Under the pieces are notes generated by a model, which saw nothing but the letters and a program-made list of their open reading frames with translations, was not told the DNA's origin and searched no databases. From positions 1 to 48,735 of the IMG/VR virus record IMGVR_UViG_3300048852_000104: 48,735 nt of DNA. One strand, written 5' to 3'. Of the stretch, positions 44,333 to 48,735 are shown piece after piece. Source of the stretch: a virus. Its lineage: Duplodnaviria; Caudoviricetes. The position numbers and the translations under genes are program-made. Numbering within the stretch: the first letter of the stretch is position 1; each line of letters begins with the position of its first letter.

Positions 44333-45247
44333 CTATTTCGCAATGGCCTTCGGCTTAAATGCCTCGATTGCCTTGGTGGCTACTGCCGGCTTCACTTTCC
44401 CCAGTTTGGCCTGTCCCTGCAGATAATCTGACAGATGGGCCTCAAGATAGGTTTTACGAAACCACTTGCGGAACTCGCCGAGCGCTTCGTCCGGGTAGCA
44501 ATACGGCGTTTGCGGGTTAGAAAGCGCCTGCGGGAAGTAGACCGGATACTCATGCAGGTACTGCTTCCTCTCACCGAACAAGACTTCGAGGCTTTCCGCT
44601 TTCCAATGCTTCGCCCAGCGCTGACCGACGCTGATATCAGGCACGATATGGGGGCCAACATCAATCCCGGCATTGATCATGGGCACGATCATTCCGGCGA
44701 TTTCTTGATAGATACTGAAGTAACCGGCAGGGACTGCGTTGGCTACCAGGCTTACGCGATCGTGGAACTGCTGCCACGCAAGGCTGACCTTTCCGTCCGG
44801 GTTGTATCCAACTTGCGCATAGACGAAATCGGTGAAGCCCTTCTTGGCAAGCGTTCGATAGCTCTTGATCGCGTGATCGTTACCGGACACTTCAAAAGCA
44901 TAATATTCCAGAGCGGCCATGCAAACATGCGCGGGGACTGCGTGGTGAATGGTCCCGTTCTTCTTAACTGCATGGAAGAAGACGGTATCATCGAACCCTT
45001 GGGCCTTTATCAAGTCGCGGATCTTCTGTTCGCGACCTTTTGTCGGGATCTGGCCCCACTCGTCGGTCAGTTTCACAAGGGTGGAGATGGCTACGCCACA
45101 CATCCTGGAGAGGCCACGCAATGTCAAAAACGGCGTGCCGTCACCGAGGACACCCATTCCCACGCCGTCGATTTCGGCTTCGACGACGATCTCCAGATCG
45201 AAAGAGAGTTGGGAGGGGGTGATAGCCAAACTGGCTGAATCTGTCAT
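44333..45247 (-). CDS. bstA: BstA-like abortive infection protein
   Basis: GVGMGVL.DGTPFL..RGL...CGV, QFHDRVSL, PDISVG..W.KHW, YP.YFPQA.SNPQ...YP..ALGEFR.W. Confidence 0.85.
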   Translation of the reverse strand: MTDSASLAITPSQLSFDLEIVVEAEIDGVGMGVLGDGTPFLTLRGLSRMCGVAISTLVKLTDEWGQIPTKGREQKIRDLIKAQGFDDTVFFHAVKKNGTIHHAVPAHVCMAALEYYAFEVSGNDHAIKSYRTLAKKGFTDFVYAQVGYNPDGKVSLAWQQFHDRVSLVANAVPAGYFSIYQEIAGMIVPMINAGIDVGPHIVPDISVGQRWAKHWKAESLEVLFGERKQYLHEYPVYFPQALSNPQTPYCYPDEALGEFRKWFRKTYLEAHLSDYLQGQAKLGKVKPAVATKAIEAFKPKAIAK

Positions 45248-45361
45248 ATTTCTAAGCCTTTTCAATGGGTTGAGGTGATGCCCAACAAGGCTAGAAATCT
45301 TCCCTAAGAAGCTTATCTTAGGGGTGCACAGAGTGTTCTAGCCAAGTTGCTGATCCACTCA

Positions 45362-45396
45362 CGAAAGCCGCTTTCCTCGCCGGGGGGCGGCTTTCG
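45362..45396. terminator. hairpin upstream of bstA
   Basis: CGAAAGCCGC/GCGGCTTTCG stem. Confidence 0.5.
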
Positions 45397-45510
45397 CATT
45401 TGAATCTACTTAATCATAGCCTGTATCGATTTGCGAAACCAGTGGGGGTTGTAATCCTATCCCGCCTGATTTTTTCAAGGGCGCGTCGGCATTCATTCCT
45501 CATGGTCGAG

Positions 45511-45624
45511 CATGCAAGGCGTCGAGAGTACGCTCAACAGCTTTCGATCGATACGCGTGTGATGCGCGAAATCCTGCAGAGGATCGAAGCAGGCCAGCGG
45601 GACGGCGCGCAGCTGCGGCGCTGA
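45511..45624 (+). pseudogene. frameshifted remnant of 3' end of a homologue of 43872..44264
   Basis: VESTLN / MREILQRIEAGQRDGAQLRR* vs VESTLN / VREILQRLEDGGRQGSQLRR*. Confidence 0.8.
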
Positions 45625-45761
45625 GTTGCCAGGGCATTGTTGGAGACGGCAGACAAGAGTGGCAGCGCCCTGAGGGGACGGGGGGGCGCCGCCGTGCGGC
45701 CGCTCGGGGGGGGGAGAGCCGGCCGCTTCTTCGCGAAGGAGTCGCTTCTGCGTGAGCGACG
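45625..45761 (-). ncRNA. candidate EcfG-dependent sRNA C (cuckoo-like)
   Basis: GGAAC-N16-GGTT at 45768-45792; hairpins with loops TCCCCCCCCC and CCCCGTCCCCTCA; 3' end uncertain. Confidence 0.55.
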
Positions 45762-45834
45762 ATGCACAACCCATCAGATTTCAGATGGTTCCAACAGAAT
45801 GATGCGACGCGCAGCTGCCGAAGGTTCTGCTTTG

Positions 45835-45953
45835 TGAAAGGGGCAGCGCTCCGGGCAAATGCGATAAGCGGAGCGCTGCAGTTGTCCGACATGTGCGATT
45901 GTCCGCAAGTCGAACTTCCAGAGGAGAAAACAACCTTCTGAAATAGGAACGCC
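45835..45953 (-). ncRNA. candidate EcfG-dependent sRNA B
   Basis: GGAAC-N16-CGTT at 45960-45984; three hairpins ending GCAGCGCTCCG/CGGAGCGCTGC-CCCTTT. Confidence 0.5.
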
Positions 45954-46017
45954 CCTCAAAACGGTGTGTGGGCGGGAATGTTCCGGATCAATGTTCATTT
46001 TTGAGGATTGACCAATT

Positions 46018-46260
46018 TCAAGCCGGCTCCGGTAGCGGCTGCTGGGGAAGGGGCCGGTCGCCTCCATCGCCGCCGTCGTCATCCGGCCACCAACCCTGCC
46101 AATCATCTCCTAGAGCCTCCCTGGCCTGACTGCCGTCAAGACGGGAGATGAGCATCTGAAGCAGCTCGTCCTCTGAAATGCCGCTCGTCGGCGGAAGGTA
46201 GGCGGCAATATCCTTCTGGCAATCCCAGATCAGCTTCTTCATCTTTTGCGCGTCGGCCAT
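46018..46260 (-). CDS. small hypothetical protein
   Basis: AGGAG RBS; GGAAC-N16-TGTT at 46283-46307. Confidence 0.7.
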   Translation of the reverse strand: MADAQKMKKLIWDCQKDIAAYLPPTSGISEDELLQMLISRLDGSQAREALGDDWQGWWPDDDGGDGGDRPLPQQPLPEPA

Positions 46261-46366
46261 GACCTGTCTCCTTGGCCCGATCAACACGTCACGGCGCGTG
46301 AGGTTCCAGACCTTGCCGAGGTCTGAACGGGTCCTATCCTCCTTGGTTGTTAGATGGAGGAAAAGC

Positions 46367-46540
46367 ATGGCAGATAATCCGAAGAAAAAAGGGCGCGACC
46401 GCGAGCTCGTTTCCGAGCAAGAGCACGAGGTCGCATATCTGATGCGAACGGCAAAGGTGACGCGGCAGAAGGCGCTTCAGGCCATTCGCGAGGCCGGGCC
46501 GAACCGCGACAAGGTGATGGCGTATCTTCAGAGCAAGTAG
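46367..46540 (+). CDS. DUF3606-like small protein
   Basis: MAD..KK..DR..VS.Q.HEV.Y....V......AI...G..R..V; GGAGG RBS; TGAAC-N16-GGTT at 46324-46348. Confidence 0.8.
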   Translation: MADNPKKKGRDRELVSEQEHEVAYLMRTAKVTRQKALQAIREAGPNRDKVMAYLQSK

Positions 46541-46546
46541 AAGGCT

Positions 46547-46629
46547 AGAAAAAGTGAGTGCCTGCCGAGGGGACAGGGCAGGCACTCTGAACAGGTTGGG
46601 GGACCTGGTGCCACGAAATGCGCGGCGCA
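46547..46629 (-). ncRNA. candidate EcfG-dependent sRNA A with C-rich loops
   Basis: GGAAC-N16-CGTT at 46635-46659; CAGGT-CCCCCA-ACCTG; GAGTGCCTGCC-CTGTCCCCTC-GGCAGGCACTC-ACTTTTT terminator. Confidence 0.65.
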
Positions 46630-46667
46630 CCGATAACGCATCTCGTGCCACTTTGTTCCCGATGGTC

Positions 46668-46994
46668 CTATAGTCTCGTCCGCATCCATTCCTCATTGTC
46701 GAGCATGCACTGCAGGTCCTCCGGCATCATGCCCGGCCATTCGCACCTCAGGACAGCTGCGTAGCACGCCTCAGCTTCAAGAGCTGCCGCCCTTGCCGAA
46801 TCTGCCTGACCGTTCGGGCGTTTCCATCTGCTCGCGTTCCTTGCCCAGTGCCAGCACATGAACCAGTTCCACCAGCCCATATGATACCAGTGGATGTGTG
46901 CGAATTTTCGTTCGCCATCGAAGCCGGTAAAATGTTTCGGGTGATCGGGCCATGTCTGCCGCCATTTGTATTTCGGTTTGGGGAGATCGGACAT
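46668..46994 (-). CDS. Trp-rich hypothetical protein, SOS-controlled
   Basis: GAGGAGG RBS; KYKWRQTW...; LexA box in promoter. Confidence 0.7.
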   Translation of the reverse strand: MSDLPKPKYKWRQTWPDHPKHFTGFDGERKFAHIHWYHMGWWNWFMCWHWARNASRWKRPNGQADSARAAALEAEACYAAVLRCEWPGMMPEDLQCMLDNEEWMRTRL

Positions 46995-47068
46995 GGCTGA
47001 TCCTCCTCGTTTGAGGGTTGCAACTGTTTGCCACACGTCGTGGGAGAGCCCGAACCGCCATCGAGCAT

Positions 47069-47102
47069 GTTCCTAATATGTTCTCTCAGCCGAAAGAGTC
47101 AA
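47069..47102 (-). promoter_or_regulatory. alphaproteobacterial LexA box over -10 of leftward promoter
   Basis: GTTC-N7-GTTC at 47069-47083; TTGACT-N16-CATATT on minus strand. Confidence 0.8.
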
Positions 47103-47137
47103 TTCGGCTTTTCGCGGGCCTGTGCGTTAATGGGCTA

Positions 47138-48127
47138 ATGGCCAGAGCATCCTCGAAGAAGCCCCGTGATACCCCTCCGATCGATCCTATGCCCGCGCGC
47201 GTCGATCCCTGCCTTGCAACGCTCGTCGACAAGCCGCCGAAAGGGCAGGACTGGGCCTACGAAGTGAAATGGGACGGGTACCGGGTCGCGGTTCACATCG
47301 AGCCCGGCCGGGTGCGGATACTCACGCGCGGCGGGTACGATTGGACCGATCGCTTTCCCTCGATCGTTGACGACGCGCGGCGGCTCGCCGTGAAGACGGC
47401 CATCCTGGACGGGGAGGCAGTCGTGCTCGACGACAAGGGCCGTTCCGATTTCGGGAAGCTACAGCGGGCGCTCGGAAGATTGCCATCGGCAGTCGAAGCC
47501 GGCGCCATCGTCTTCTATGCCTTCGATCTCATTTATCTCGACGGCCGCGACCTGCGCCGCCTGCCGCTGCGCGAGCGCCGGCGGCTGCTCGACCCGCTTG
47601 TGGTCGACCGGGAAGGCGCCGTTCGCCTTTCGGAGGAGGTGCAGGCTGACGGCGACGAGTTCTTCCGCGTTGCCTGTGCGCACGGCCTCGAAGGCATCAT
47701 CGCCAAGCATATCGAAAAGCCATATCGCTCTGGCCGGGGCGAGTGGTGGCAGAAGATCACCTGCAAGCGCCGCGACAGCTTCGTGATCGTCGGCTTCGAG
47801 CCGTCAACCGTGCCTGGTCATCTCGGCCGGCTGCTGCTGGCGGCGCGCAAAGACGGCGAGCTCGTCTACGTCGGCGGGTGCGGTACCGGCTGGTCAAATC
47901 AGCTTTCGCGCGAGCTACGCAAATTGCTCGAGGGTATGGCGACGAAGACGCCGGCCGTGGCCCTCAGGAGGAAAGGCGCCGTCTTTGTCGAGCCGGTTCT
48001 GGTCGCCGAGGTCGAGTATCGCGCCTGGACGGATGACGGGAAGCTTCGGCACGCATCGTTCAAGGGGATAAGGCCGAGAGAGGACGAGGCGGCAGTGTTC
48101 CAGCTCTTCGAAGGTATCGAGGAATAG
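47138..48127 (+). CDS. ligD: ATP-dependent DNA ligase (LigD ligase domain)
   Basis: EVKWDGYR, ILDGE, FDL, EGIIAK, YRSGR..W.K, LRHASFKG.R. Confidence 0.92.
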   Translation: MARASSKKPRDTPPIDPMPARVDPCLATLVDKPPKGQDWAYEVKWDGYRVAVHIEPGRVRILTRGGYDWTDRFPSIVDDARRLAVKTAILDGEAVVLDDKGRSDFGKLQRALGRLPSAVEAGAIVFYAFDLIYLDGRDLRRLPLRERRRLLDPLVVDREGAVRLSEEVQADGDEFFRVACAHGLEGIIAKHIEKPYRSGRGEWWQKITCKRRDSFVIVGFEPSTVPGHLGRLLLAARKDGELVYVGGCGTGWSNQLSRELRKLLEGMATKTPAVALRRKGAVFVEPVLVAEVEYRAWTDDGKLRHASFKGIRPREDEAAVFQLFEGIEE

Positions 48128-48309
48128 GCGTAACTCCGCACGAAATCGGTGCTGCGTCCGCTTCAGTCCAGTTACCGCGAGAATACTCGATCAATACCGC
48201 GCTCGCACCAAGCTGGTGTACGGGCGCCGCGAAGTCGCAGCATCGGCTGCTAACTACCCGTTCGCGGGTTTCTTGCAATTCGTTCGCCCGTTTGGGGGTT
48301 TCTTGCCCA

Positions 48310-48735
48310 TTAGTTATGTCCAAACCTTCGCTGTTCATCCTTGGGAGCAGGCGCTTCGGCTACGTCTTGTGGCCCCCCCAAAAAATCACCACTAACGTTG
48401 CCGGTGCCGACGCGACCGGCGGCTCCGCCCGAAAGGGAACCCTTTGGCGCTTTCTTTTCTGTTACGTCGTCTGCGGGGACACGACCACGATCATTTACCT
48501 CGCTCTGCCCGTTTTGTTGATAAGTGGCTTCGTGCTCGCCACCAATCCCGCCGCTGGCAACATGAGGTGCCTCGGAGGGGATCGCTTCGGAAGGAGCGGC
48601 TTCGGTCCCGCCGCTAAGCTGCTCGGGAGGCTTTCCCCTACCAGACCAGGAATTGCTTTCGCCGGCGGCAGCGCCGTATTCCGGCGGGTCTTCAATTGTC
48701 TTTTTGGCGGGAGGGGTCTTAGAGTTTTCTGTCAT
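48310..48735 (-). CDS. disordered Gly/Pro/Glu-rich hypothetical protein
   Basis: 141 aa ORF starting at window edge. Confidence 0.55.
   Translation of the reverse strand: MTENSKTPPAKKTIEDPPEYGAAAGESNSWSGRGKPPEQLSGGTEAAPSEAIPSEAPHVASGGIGGEHEATYQQNGQSEVNDRGRVPADDVTEKKAPKGSLSGGAAGRVGTGNVSGDFLGGPQDVAEAPAPKDEQRRFGHN

Larger units (their letters stand above)
1..48735. mobile_element. temperate siphovirus-like prophage (lambdoid organisation), ends not resolved
   Basis: Contiguous xis, early, cI/cro, replication, terminase, portal, capsid, tail and lysis modules with frequent ATGA/TGATG coupling. Confidence 0.97.

Noticed and set aside
45671-45714. G-quadruplex in G-runs
   Set aside because: Runs map to loops of hairpins on the opposite strand downstream of a promoter motif
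45980-45996. Apparent LexA box GTTC...GTTC
   Set aside because: Spacer is 9 nt, not 7; the first GTTCC is better explained as an EcfG -35
46008-46021. FixK/Fnr-like TTGA-N6-TCAA
   Set aside because: Two mismatches to TTGAT-N4-ATCAA in AT-rich DNA; no other support
1-48735. CRISPR array, IS element, att core
   Set aside because: No regularly spaced repeats, transposase or terminal direct repeat seen; att sites probably lie outside the window

Overview
A near-complete temperate, lambdoid-type siphovirus prophage of an alphaproteobacterium. A Rhizobiaceae/Sinorhizobium-like host is inferred from the GapR, GcrA, DUF982 and Flp pilin genes and from an alpha-type LexA box. Layout: excisionase and leftward early/recombination genes (1-6324); immunity region with cI, cro and four 19-bp operators (6366-8640); rightward early/replication genes, including a GapR fusion, a helicase-methyltransferase fusion, RusA, GcrA and a NusG-like antiterminator (8637-17110); late promoter, structured leader, tRNA-Met(CAT) and an antisense Flp pilin (17071-17922); head and tail genes (18753-40435); morons (acyltransferase, HEPN-like protein); lysis genes (42513-44264); BstA-like defence gene; and a stress island ending in a LigD-type ligase. 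The integrase appears to begin at nt 32 and run off the left edge; no att site could be identified. Most striking observations: (i) about 1 kb carrying five sigma-EcfG/RpoE2-type promoters, three of which precede structured RNAs lacking a credible ORF, two of them with C-rich loops; (ii) a portal protein fused to an Acb1-like 2H phosphodiesterase; (iii) a lone Flp pilin; (iv) an HTH-less S24 domain lacking its catalytic residues, next to cI; (v) antisense morons bridged by translationally coupled sense ORFs. All family assignments come from motif recognition by eye, not database searches.
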